Shown here piece by piece: positions 1 to 9,133 of a stretch of DNA of 64,000 nucleotides. A program made the translations under genes and the position numbers. Source of the DNA: Syntrophales bacterium (GTDB taxonomy: Bacteria > Desulfobacterota > Syntrophia > Syntrophales > PHBD01); the NCBI GenBank assembly GCA_963668175.1, contig OY764159.1, positions 352,001 through 416,000 of the forward strand, written 5' to 3'. The notes under the pieces were generated by a model. That model was not told the DNA's origin. It searched no databases and was given only the letters and a program-made list of their open reading frames with translations. Numbering within the stretch: position 1 is the first letter of the stretch; the number at the start of each line of letters is the position of its first letter.

Positions 1-698
1 TCTTTCTCCTTCTTTTCTTTTTGGCCGCCTTGATGTTGGCGCTGCTGCGCAACCGCCGGACAACCGACATTCTTGTACTTACGGCGACTTCTCTTATGGC
101 CTTTCAGCACGTCCGGCACGAAAGCCTGTTCTTCATCGCCATGGGCTGTTACGGGCCATGCTATTTCACGCAGGCATGGGACATCATGAAAACATCCTCG
201 GCACGGGCGGAATTCTGGAGTAATTCGGTCCGGCGCATCGCACCGGTTCTGTTCTTGGTTCTTCTTATCGTTTTCGGAGCCCGGTTTGTGACCGGACACC
301 CCTTCGACTTGACGCTTCGCTCCCCGAACAAAGAGAAGGCGGTCGATTTCAACTATCCCACGGGTGCCGTAAATTTCATCCGCGATAATCATCTAAAGGG
401 CAATATCCTGACCGAATTCAGTTGGGGTGAATTCATCATCTGGAACCTGCCCGAAAGCCGAGTCGCCATGGACGGGCGATACGAAACGCTCTACACGGAA
501 GAGGCAACCCGCGAGTATTTTCGCTTCACGAAAGGCGAGACCGTCTGGCGGGATTATCTTCTCAAGTATCGCCACGATCTTATCCTTTTCCGCCCGGACA
601 GCATCGTCAGTGATATGCTGAGCAGGGACCCTGGCTGGGTGAAAATATATGCCGATGCCGACTGTATTTTGTTTATCCGAAGGAAAATCCCGTCATGA
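1..698 (+). CDS. 5'-truncated polytopic membrane protein, putative GT-C-fold glycosyltransferase; paralog of 1927..3396
   Basis: Frame is open to the window edge. Hydrophobic helices are followed by a soluble domain YPTGAVNFI...GNILTEFSWGEFIIW...RVAMDGRYETLY, matching YPIRALEWI...GNIIPNFEWGEYVIW...RVSMDGRLETVY in 1927..3396. Confidence 0.6.
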   Translation, partial: FLLLFFLAALMLALLRNRRTTDILVLTATSLMAFQHVRHESLFFIAMGCYGPCYFTQAWDIMKTSSARAEFWSNSVRRIAPVLFLVLLIVFGARFVTGHPFDLTLRSPNKEKAVDFNYPTGAVNFIRDNHLKGNILTEFSWGEFIIWNLPESRVAMDGRYETLYTEEATREYFRFTKGETVWRDYLLKYRHDLILFRPDSIVSDMLSRDPGWVKIYADADCILFIRRKIPS

Positions 699-1924
699 AA
701 CAGCGCCACGCCGACACGCCCTTGCGGTTGCATGTTCTAACGACTCGGCAGATCGGTATGATCATGTCGGCGGCGGCCTTGGTCATGATGTTCTGGTTTT
801 GTGCATCGACGTTACCTCTTTCATTTAACGGGGAGCGGCCGAACGATTTTCCCAATTATTATGTCGCCGGCCTCCGACTGTTTGAGGAGCGCCCTATTTA
901 TGAACCGCTGGAAGCGGAAGTATTCCACCGCCTGGGTTTTGCCCATTATCCGACCAACATCGCCGACACGCCGGCAACGGTCGTCCTGCTTGCCCCTTTG
1001 TCACGATTGACCTATCGAGCCGCTTTTTTCACATTATACTTTTTTTCTCTCCTGTCCGTTCCGCTGTTAACCTATTATGCGGGAAGATATCTAGGAATGA
1101 CATTCTGGGAAGCGGTCTGTGCCGTTTCGTTGTTGACCTTCAGTAACCACTATCGCTTTCTCCTCCTCTGCAATCATATGGAGTCTATTCTTCTTCTGTG
1201 CCTGACCTTTGGCTGGATATACCTCAAAAAAGACTGGGATCGCACCGGCGGTTTCTTTTGGGGTTTGGCTGCGGCATTGAAACTCATTCCGGGCCTACTG
1301 CTGTTCTTGCTGATGCTTTCCCGCTGGAAACGGGCAGCCTTGACCGGTATCATTGCAGCCGCCGTCCTGCTCGCCCTTGCCGGCGTCACGATCGGTCGAG
1401 CCGATTCTTTCGCCTACATCATTCAGGTTATTCCACAGTCTCAACAATGGTACGGTCATGACGGTAACTTCTCTCTTATGTCCATCGGTTATCGTCTGGG
1501 CGGCCTGACCGTCGGATGGACGTTGACCATCGCGGCAGTTATCGTCATTACCGTTCTCGCGTTTAAGAACAGGGACAATAAAGATTGTATTTTTGCAGTG
1601 GGGACGGCCGGCATGCTTATAATCAGTCCTCTTTCCTGGTTGGGATACGGCATTCTTCTCATTCCCGTCCTTCTTCTCTTATTTACAAAACTCGACCGGA
1701 AGACATCGCGTCTGAACGTATGGATATTCATAACAGCGTTGGTGCTGACTCAGTATTGGCCTTTTCAATCCAAACCAATGATAAGTTCCATGATCGAATT
1801 TCTGTTATTCACGATTCCCCCTGTTTGCGGGTATACATTGGTTATATTTCTTGCCTGTCGATTACTGGACGTTGAACCGACTCGGGTAGTAACGGAAATC
1901 TCACCGGAAAGGACGGCCGCCTGA
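695..1924 (+). CDS. GT87 (DUF2029)-like membrane glycosyltransferase
   Basis: DFPNYY after the first TM helix, GLAAALKLIP, NFSL and ISPLSW motifs, many TM segments; ATGA overlap with the upstream stop. Confidence 0.7.
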   Translation: MKQRHADTPLRLHVLTTRQIGMIMSAAALVMMFWFCASTLPLSFNGERPNDFPNYYVAGLRLFEERPIYEPLEAEVFHRLGFAHYPTNIADTPATVVLLAPLSRLTYRAAFFTLYFFSLLSVPLLTYYAGRYLGMTFWEAVCAVSLLTFSNHYRFLLLCNHMESILLLCLTFGWIYLKKDWDRTGGFFWGLAAALKLIPGLLLFLLMLSRWKRAALTGIIAAAVLLALAGVTIGRADSFAYIIQVIPQSQQWYGHDGNFSLMSIGYRLGGLTVGWTLTIAAVIVITVLAFKNRDNKDCIFAVGTAGMLIISPLSWLGYGILLIPVLLLLFTKLDRKTSRLNVWIFITALVLTQYWPFQSKPMISSMIEFLLFTIPPVCGYTLVIFLACRLLDVEPTRVVTEISPERTAA

Positions 1925-1926
1925 CC

Positions 1927-3396
1927 TTGAAAATACCGAAAATGCATTGGGGAGCCTTGTTGACGATCGCCGGCTTTTCAGCCTACTTTCTCGGCCGCTT
2001 TGTTAATATCCTTGCGGACTACGACCTGTGGGGCTACCTCGCCTTCGGAAGGCTCTTCTGGGAAAACGGTTTCCCTTACTGTGACGTCTTCTCCTATGTC
2101 CCGACGAACAACGTATGGGTCTACCACGAATGGCTGACCGGCGTGATTTTCTTTCCGATTTATGAACGATTCGGATCGGAAGGGCTGCAATTGCTGCGTT
2201 ATGCCGTTATGATGGCGACCTTGGCGTTCATGGTCAGCGCTGCCCTCAGGCGCAACGGCAATAAATTGGCCATAGGAATTGCCTTATTCCTGTCAGGAAA
2301 CGGCCTCACATACGGCTATGCCCCGGTAAGGGCCCAGGTCTTCACTTACCTGTTTTTCGCCTTCTTCATCTATATTCTCGAACGCTATAAAGGAGAGCGC
2401 AAGCCCTACCTTCTCTGGTTTCTGCCTATTCTCGAAATCGTCTGGTGTAACGTTCACGGCGGTTTTGTAGCCGGACTTGGTCTTATTGCTCTTTATGCGC
2501 TCGGCGAGGGGCTCGCGCGGCGGCCATTCACGCCCTACCTAAAAATAGCGCTCGTAACCGTCCTGGCAACACTTGTGAACCCTTATGGCTTCTCCTACTG
2601 GATATTTATCATCCAGGCCGTCACCCTGCCCCGTGCGGACATTACGGAATGGATGTCTGTCCCTTCCGCAATCGCAAGCGGCAATTATCGCGACGAGACG
2701 ATCCTCTTCGCCGCTCTTTTGCTCATCACGGTTTTTCTGATGGTCAGATCAAGAAAGAAGAATCCTACCGATATCCTCGTTCTGGCCGTTACGGCTTTTC
2801 TCGGATTCAAGTCTATCCGCCACATCATCCTCTTTTTCCTGGTTTTCGGCGCTTACGTGCCGGCGCTTATGTCAGAGTATATGGATTCCCTGAAAAGAGA
2901 CCCCAAAGTGGCGTCCACATTAAACAGGGTCCGTAAACCCGTCTTGCTGCTCTTAAGCCTGATCTTTCTGTGTCTCGCGGCGCTGTCATTCCGGCATTTT
3001 ATATTCAGTCCTCGTTTCGCCTTGGTAACGCCGGCGCATTCCTATCCGATTCGGGCTCTCGAATGGATCGACGCCAACCGCTGGCAGGGCAATATCATCC
3101 CCAACTTTGAATGGGGCGAGTATGTCATATGGCGAACTTACCCCCGCTGCCGCGTATCAATGGACGGCCGCTTGGAAACGGTGTACGGCACAGAGCTGCA
3201 AAAGGAATATTTCGATTTCCTTCATGGGAGGGCCGGCTGGCAGATATTTCTGAAGAAATATGCTCATGATATGGTCCTTATTAGAAAAGGTTCAAGGACC
3301 GACAGCCTTATGAGAGAACAACAGGACTGGCGGTTGGCGTATGAAGACGGTCTGAGCGTAATTTTTCTTCGCGCAGCGAGGCAGATCACCCGATGA
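1927..3396 (+). CDS. Polytopic membrane protein, putative GT-C-fold glycosyltransferase (start may be ATG 1942)
   Basis: Acidic DYD after TM1 (DYDLWGYLAFGR), WVYHEWL and WCNVHGGF motifs, multiple TM helices, soluble C-terminal domain. Confidence 0.6.
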   Translation: MKIPKMHWGALLTIAGFSAYFLGRFVNILADYDLWGYLAFGRLFWENGFPYCDVFSYVPTNNVWVYHEWLTGVIFFPIYERFGSEGLQLLRYAVMMATLAFMVSAALRRNGNKLAIGIALFLSGNGLTYGYAPVRAQVFTYLFFAFFIYILERYKGERKPYLLWFLPILEIVWCNVHGGFVAGLGLIALYALGEGLARRPFTPYLKIALVTVLATLVNPYGFSYWIFIIQAVTLPRADITEWMSVPSAIASGNYRDETILFAALLLITVFLMVRSRKKNPTDILVLAVTAFLGFKSIRHIILFFLVFGAYVPALMSEYMDSLKRDPKVASTLNRVRKPVLLLLSLIFLCLAALSFRHFIFSPRFALVTPAHSYPIRALEWIDANRWQGNIIPNFEWGEYVIWRTYPRCRVSMDGRLETVYGTELQKEYFDFLHGRAGWQIFLKKYAHDMVLIRKGSRTDSLMREQQDWRLAYEDGLSVIFLRAARQITR

Positions 3397-3414
3397 GGCT
3401 GTTTTTTTAAAGAC

Positions 3415-5283
3415 ATGGATAATGGCGGATTGATAAAAAAACTTGACCTCATCATCAGGTCAAGGACAGACCGGCATCTTGTTTTGCTCGGTCTGTTTGT
3501 TATGGCCTTGACGGTCAAGATCGCGATCTTCCTTCTCTTAACGGACCCTATCATCTTCAGCAAATATCCTTACTTCGCCGAAAGGATTGTTCAGGGCCTC
3601 GATATCGGGGAAAGGCTGGTCGATCTCAGCCCGGCTTATTTATACATCAACGTTATTTTTTACAGAGTATTCGGACCTGATTGGCAATTGCTGACTATCT
3701 TTCAAGTTCTCGTCGGCAGTATGACTTGCGTGATCGTTTTCACCATCGGCGAGAGATTATTTAACCAATCCGTCGGGATCATCGGAGCTGTCATCCTCGC
3801 CCTTTACGGCAACCTTACCCTGATCGAGTTGACACTGGAGCCCGAAACATTTGTCCTCTTTTTCAATTCACTGGCCGTCCTGTCTCTCATCCTGGCGCAA
3901 AATGACCCTTTTTGGAGGCAATGTTCCACTAAAAATGTGATTGAAACCGCAGACAGGAATGGGGTTGGCATCATACACGGGCGGATACCGATCATGGCCG
4001 GGCTTCCATGGAAGTGGTTTGCGGCCGGAATGCTCCTCGGCCTGTCGGTCATCACCAAGCCCAACGCTTTGCTTGTGATCCCCGGAGCCCTTATTTGGAT
4101 CTGGTGGAATAAAATTTCGGTCAATAGAAGGTTAATGGCAACCGTATCCCTGCTGCTCGGCTCAGCATTGCTGATTTCGCCGGTGACATTGCGAAACTAT
4201 ACTAAATTCCATGATGTCATCCTGGTCAGCGCTGACGGCGGCAAGGTCTTTTTCCACGGCAACGGCCCCGGGGCCACTGGCATGGACCGGGCGGATCTGC
4301 CTCATCAGGGATTCCTCGAAGAGGGACAAGCCGAACCTGATTACGCCCATAAGCTTTTCAGAAATACGGCGAGGACATTGAGCGGAAAATCTCTCAAACT
4401 GTCAGAGTGCTCAGAATATTGGTTCCGTTACACCCTAAATTACATGGCTGCTCATCCAATGGCCGCCTTTGTACTTGAGATTAAAAAATTCTGCTTTTTT
4501 TGGAATAACTATGAGGTCCACGATATCGACTCGAATTATAAGAATTATGTCACCATCCAATCCTGGCCGCTCATTCCTTTCGGAGCAATAGCTGCTTTGG
4601 GAATCATTGGCATGGTCATAGCACGTCAGCGTTTCAGGGACGTATTCCTGCTTTACTGGCTGGTTCTTGTTTATCTTGTTTCTGTTCTTGTCTTCTTTGC
4701 CGCTACCCGTTACCGCCTGCCGGCGGCTCCGTATCTTGCGATCTTTGCAGCTCTTGCACTCTACCACTTGTCGTCGCTAATAAGAGACAAGCAGTGGAAA
4801 AAATGCGGTGCTTACCTGATCTCCAGCGCGATTCTTGCCGCAGGCACCGTATTGCCCTTCCGGCACGATATTGCAAGATTTGACCGCTGGCAGCAAGCGT
4901 CGAGAATCCATTATTCTCTGGGCGGTATGATGTTCTTCAAGAAGGGGTTCTACAAGGAAGCTATCACTGAATTTCAACGCGCTTTAGCGATAGACCCGAA
5001 TTTTCTTCCAGCCTACAACTATCTTGGTAAATCTTACGCCATCCTCAACGATTATGCTCGCGCAGAAGAGGCCTTCATGAAGGTTATTCAGTCGGCGCCG
5101 ACTATCGATGAGGGTTATATGAATTTGGGGATGCTCTACGAGTTACAAGGCCGCATTCCTCAAGCGATCAAGTATCTCCAGGAGGCGCTTGCCATCAATC
5201 CCGGAAACGAAAAGGCTTTACGCCACCTGCAGGCTTTATCGGTCCAGCCGCAAGATCAGGCCCATCAGAGGAGTCAGAAATGA
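3415..5283 (+). CDS. ArnT/PMT-like (GT39/GT83-type) glycosyltransferase with C-terminal TPR repeats
   Basis: Multi-TM N-terminal part with PETF, GLSVITKPN and RYRLP; TPR units such as KEAITEFQRALAIDPNFLPAYNYLG. Confidence 0.7.
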   Translation: MDNGGLIKKLDLIIRSRTDRHLVLLGLFVMALTVKIAIFLLLTDPIIFSKYPYFAERIVQGLDIGERLVDLSPAYLYINVIFYRVFGPDWQLLTIFQVLVGSMTCVIVFTIGERLFNQSVGIIGAVILALYGNLTLIELTLEPETFVLFFNSLAVLSLILAQNDPFWRQCSTKNVIETADRNGVGIIHGRIPIMAGLPWKWFAAGMLLGLSVITKPNALLVIPGALIWIWWNKISVNRRLMATVSLLLGSALLISPVTLRNYTKFHDVILVSADGGKVFFHGNGPGATGMDRADLPHQGFLEEGQAEPDYAHKLFRNTARTLSGKSLKLSECSEYWFRYTLNYMAAHPMAAFVLEIKKFCFFWNNYEVHDIDSNYKNYVTIQSWPLIPFGAIAALGIIGMVIARQRFRDVFLLYWLVLVYLVSVLVFFAATRYRLPAAPYLAIFAALALYHLSSLIRDKQWKKCGAYLISSAILAAGTVLPFRHDIARFDRWQQASRIHYSLGGMMFFKKGFYKEAITEFQRALAIDPNFLPAYNYLGKSYAILNDYARAEEAFMKVIQSAPTIDEGYMNLGMLYELQGRIPQAIKYLQEALAINPGNEKALRHLQALSVQPQDQAHQRSQK

Positions 5284-7181
5284 CTATCGTGAAAGAGCGG
5301 CATGTTAAACTCGTCGGATTGATGCTGATAGTCGTCCTAGTCGCCGCGGCATATTCCAACACAATGCAAGTGCCTTTCCTTTTTGACGACCAGGGCAACA
5401 TAGCGGACAACATGTCGATCAGGAGCGTATGGCCGCCATGGGAGCCCTTCTATATCTCCGCCGATACGGGCATCACCGGGAGGCCGCTGATCAACTTCAC
5501 TTTCGCCCTCAACTACGCCGTCAGCGGCGATCATGTCTGGAGCTACCATCTCTTCAACCTCGCCATTCACATCCTGGCGGCCCTGATTCTGTGGGGATTA
5601 ATAAGGCGAACACTGGAACGTCAGCAACTCGACATCAACAAGACATGGCAACCGGCATGGACCGCCCTCGGATGCACACTCGTGTGGGCCCTCCATCCCC
5701 TCCAGACCCAGGCCGTGACCTACCTGTCCCAGCGATGCGAATCCCTGATGGGGCTTTTCTTTCTCCTGGTCTTCTACTGTGCCGTCAGGGGCTGGCAATC
5801 AGACCGGCACCAGAGGGCGTGGCACCTGCTGGCCATCCTCTCCTTCGTTGCAGGAGCCGGCTGCAAGGAGGTGATCGCCGCCTCTCCCGTCCTTCTGTTC
5901 CTCTACGAATGGGTATTCACCAGAAGGAGTTGGAAGGACATACTGAAGGCTTCCCCCTTGCTGTATACAGGGCTCGCGCTGGGCCTGGCCTGCGAACTCC
6001 TCCTCATCGCCGCAGGAGGGACGGCCTCGACCAATACGGCCCATGCACCGTTTACCTTGGTAGAATACTGGCTGCTCCAGCCTCCCGTGATCCTTCATTA
6101 CATCCGTCAAGTATTCTGGCCTTCGGACCTGTGTCTCGACTATGGCATGGATTTTCACGGTATGATCGAAACATGGCCGGCCCTTTTCATCGTCGCCGCC
6201 CTGATCGTCAGCTCTCTGTGGCTGTTGTACAGAAGACGGCCGGCAGGATTCTTGTCTGCCTGGTTCTTCGTCATCCTGGCCCCGACATCGCTGTTCCCCC
6301 TACCCGACGTCGTCTATGAACACCGGATGTATCTTCCTTCCTTAACGGTTATTATCCTAGCCCTAGGCTGTTTATATCGGGGTACTTTCCTGGCAAGCAA
6401 AAGGCTCTTCCCCGAAACCGTTGCCCGGCAAGCCATTTTGTCTAAAACCAGTTTATATATCATGTTCCTGCTTGTTCCGGCGGTCGGTGTTTCAACCTAT
6501 ACGCGTAATCTATACTACCAAACAGATCTTTCTCTTTGGGCGGACAACACAGCGACAAGACCTCGAAGCGCAAGGGCTCAGGTTAACCTGGGCAACGCCT
6601 TCTTCGCAGTTGGCAGACCGGTGGATGCGCTCCGCCATATGCATCAGGGGATCCGCCTCATGGAATCGCAATATCTTCAGCCCCACTCTCAAAATCTCAT
6701 AGACGCTTATAACAATTTGGGTGTTGTTTACCTCCATACAGGTCAAGGGGAGTTGGCGGAGTCCTATTTGCGGAAATCGCTGAAAATCGGACCGAATAAT
6801 GCCCATGCCCATTCCAATTTAGGGCGGGTACTATTCATGCTGAATAGAAACGACGAAGCCTTGCACCATTTCAGGCAAGCGCTATCCCTGGATCCAGATT
6901 ATGTTGACGGTCACACCAATTTAGGCGTCTTGCTTCTTAAGCAGGGGAATCTGCAAGACGCTTCAATCCATTTTCAAACAGCCCTGAATATAAGACCAAA
7001 CCATATCGGGGCCATGAACGGCATGGGCAGGGTGATGTACTTGCGAGGACGATTTCCTGAAGCCAGGGTCTATTTCGAAAAATCGCTGGCTTCAAAAGCA
7101 GACAACGCATATGCCCGCAACATGCTGATCGAAATCGACAAAAGAAACGGGGCAACGGGACGCCCTTCGGAGAAACCTTAA
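5280..7181 (+). CDS. TMTC-like (DUF1736-type) GT-C protein O-glycosyltransferase with TPR domain, copy 1
   Basis: FLFDD acidic motif, HPLQTQAVTYLSQRCESL, CKE and EHRMYLPS, then TPR repeats (AHAHSNLGRVL). Confidence 0.75.
   Translation: MTIVKERHVKLVGLMLIVVLVAAAYSNTMQVPFLFDDQGNIADNMSIRSVWPPWEPFYISADTGITGRPLINFTFALNYAVSGDHVWSYHLFNLAIHILAALILWGLIRRTLERQQLDINKTWQPAWTALGCTLVWALHPLQTQAVTYLSQRCESLMGLFFLLVFYCAVRGWQSDRHQRAWHLLAILSFVAGAGCKEVIAASPVLLFLYEWVFTRRSWKDILKASPLLYTGLALGLACELLLIAAGGTASTNTAHAPFTLVEYWLLQPPVILHYIRQVFWPSDLCLDYGMDFHGMIETWPALFIVAALIVSSLWLLYRRRPAGFLSAWFFVILAPTSLFPLPDVVYEHRMYLPSLTVIILALGCLYRGTFLASKRLFPETVARQAILSKTSLYIMFLLVPAVGVSTYTRNLYYQTDLSLWADNTATRPRSARAQVNLGNAFFAVGRPVDALRHMHQGIRLMESQYLQPHSQNLIDAYNNLGVVYLHTGQGELAESYLRKSLKIGPNNAHAHSNLGRVLFMLNRNDEALHHFRQALSLDPDYVDGHTNLGVLLLKQGNLQDASIHFQTALNIRPNHIGAMNGMGRVMYLRGRFPEARVYFEKSLASKADNAYARNMLIEIDKRNGATGRPSEKP
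5571..5948 (+). repeat. ~380 bp core shared nearly identically by all three TMTC-like genes (also 7493..7870 and 9421..9798)
   Basis: Direct comparison from atcctggcggccctgattctg to catactgaag; offsets 1922 and 1928 bp. Confidence 0.9.
6135..6341 (+). repeat. ~205 bp segment shared by copy 1 and copy 2 (8057..8263); copy 3 diverges after 10040
   Basis: ctcga..ggcatggattttcacgg through caccggatgtatcttccttcc at offset 1922. Confidence 0.85.
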
Positions 7182-8112
7182 TCATGTCCAAGGAGGAGGA
7201 AGTGCCTACATCCCGTGAGACAAAATACAATCTGATCTGTGTCCTCATTACGGTTCTTCTAATCGTGGCCGCCTATTCGAATACCCTGCGCGCGCCCTTT
7301 ATCTTTGACGACCAAGTCAATATCGCCGACAACATGTCCATCCGGAGCATGTGGCCGCCCTGGGAGCCTCTCTATGTCTCCCCAGACACGGGCATAACCG
7401 GAAGACCTTTAATCAACTTCACCTTCGCCCTCAACTATGCCGTCAGTGGCGACGATGTCTGGAGCTATCACGCCCTCAATATTATCATCCAAATCCTGGC
7501 GGCCCTGATTCTGTGGGGATTCATCAGGCGAACACTGGAACGTCAGCAACTCGACATCAACAAGACATGGCAACCGGCATGGGTTGCCCTCGGCTGCACA
7601 CTCGTGTGGGCTCTCCACCCCCTCCAGACCCAGGCTGTGACCTACCTGTCCCAGCGATGCGAATCCCTGATGGGGCTTTTCTTTCTCCTGGTCTTCTACT
7701 GTGCCGTCAGGGGCTGGCAATCAGACCGGCACCAGAGGGCGTGGCACCTGCTGGCCATTCTCTCCTTCGTTGCAGGAGCCGGCTGCAAGGAGGTGATCGC
7801 CGCCTCTCCCGTCCTTCTGTTCCTCTACGAATGGGTATTCACCAGAAGGAGTTGGAAAGACATACTGAAGACTTCCCCCTTGCTGTACTCGGGACTCGCG
7901 TTGGGTTTGGCCTGCGAACTCCTCCTCGTCGCCGCGGGAGGGACGACCTCAACCGGCACGGGTAATCATGCTTTTACTTTAACGGAATACTGGCTGACGC
8001 AGACTCCGGTGATTCTTCACTACATTCGGCTGGTCTTCTGGCCTTCCGATCTCGCTCTCGATTACGGCATGGATTTTCACGGCATGATCGAAACATGGCC
8101 GGCCCTTTTCAT
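7059..8112 (+). repeat. ~1.05 kb direct repeat unit crossing a gene boundary (second copy 8987..10040)
   Basis: Constant 1928 bp offset from gaagccaggg through the stop/RBS junction to ggcccttttcat; scattered substitutions plus one short diverged patch (~7205-7235). Confidence 0.9.
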
Positions 8113-9133
8113 CGTCGCCGCCCTGATCGTCAGTTCTCTGTGGCTGTTGTACAGAAGACGGCCGGCAGGATTCTTGTCTGCCTGGTTCTTCGCCATCCTG
8201 GCCCCGACATCGCTGTTCCCCCTTCCCGACGTTGTTTTTGAGCACCGGATGTATCTTCCTTCCATGGCGGTCATCGTTTTGTCCATATGCTGCTTATATC
8301 GAATGGGGATCTTGATCTGTCGGCGGTTCGCTTTTTTGGACCCGCAAGACACTTTGATCAGGACCGGCAGATATGTCATGGTTTTACTCATTCTGACCGT
8401 GGCAATATCGACTTACGCCAGGAATCTTTACTACCAGTCGGCGCTCTCCATCTGGGCGGACAATGTCGCCAAGAGACCGCATTCGGCCGGGGCGCAGGTT
8501 AATTTCGGTAAAGCCCTCTCGGATGCAAATAGGCCGTTGGACGCCTTGCCCCATTTACGACAGGGAATCCATCTTATAGAAACGCAACAGGCAAAGGCTC
8601 GTCCGGAGACATTGCTCACGGCCTACAATAATACTGGTGCCGTGTATCTTCAACTTGGCCAATGGAAGGCCGCAGAATATTTTTTACGAAGATCGCTGCA
8701 AATCCAAACGAAAAGTATCTACGCTCGCGCCAGTGCTCATTCGAATTTAGGGATTACTTTATTCATGCTCAAGAAAAGCGATGAAGCCGGTGAGCATTTT
8801 CGTCAGGCCATTCTGCTTAGACCGAATTTCGCCAACGGTCATGCCAATTACGGAGCTTTTCTTCGCGCACAGGGAAATACAAAAGAAGCGACGGATCATT
8901 TCCAAGTTGCCCTTCAATTGAAACCCGATCATATCGAGGCCAACGATGCCATGGGCACGATTATGTACCAACGCAGTCAATATCGAGAAGCCAGGGCCTA
9001 TTTCGAGAAATCGCTGGCTTCAAAAGCAGACAACGCATATGCCCGCAACATGTTGATCGAAATCGACAAAAGAGACGGGGTAACGGGAAGCCCTTCAAAG
9101 AAACCTTCATCATATCCAAGGAGAATGAAGTGA
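7184..9133 (+). CDS. TMTC-like GT-C glycosyltransferase with TPR domain, copy 2 (true start probably GTG 7202)
   Basis: Same motifs as copy 1; AGGAGGAGG lies just before the in-frame GTG at 7202. Confidence 0.75.
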   Translation: MSKEEEVPTSRETKYNLICVLITVLLIVAAYSNTLRAPFIFDDQVNIADNMSIRSMWPPWEPLYVSPDTGITGRPLINFTFALNYAVSGDDVWSYHALNIIIQILAALILWGFIRRTLERQQLDINKTWQPAWVALGCTLVWALHPLQTQAVTYLSQRCESLMGLFFLLVFYCAVRGWQSDRHQRAWHLLAILSFVAGAGCKEVIAASPVLLFLYEWVFTRRSWKDILKTSPLLYSGLALGLACELLLVAAGGTTSTGTGNHAFTLTEYWLTQTPVILHYIRLVFWPSDLALDYGMDFHGMIETWPALFIVAALIVSSLWLLYRRRPAGFLSAWFFAILAPTSLFPLPDVVFEHRMYLPSMAVIVLSICCLYRMGILICRRFAFLDPQDTLIRTGRYVMVLLILTVAISTYARNLYYQSALSIWADNVAKRPHSAGAQVNFGKALSDANRPLDALPHLRQGIHLIETQQAKARPETLLTAYNNTGAVYLQLGQWKAAEYFLRRSLQIQTKSIYARASAHSNLGITLFMLKKSDEAGEHFRQAILLRPNFANGHANYGAFLRAQGNTKEATDHFQVALQLKPDHIEANDAMGTIMYQRSQYREARAYFEKSLASKADNAYARNMLIEIDKRDGVTGSPSKKPSSYPRRMK

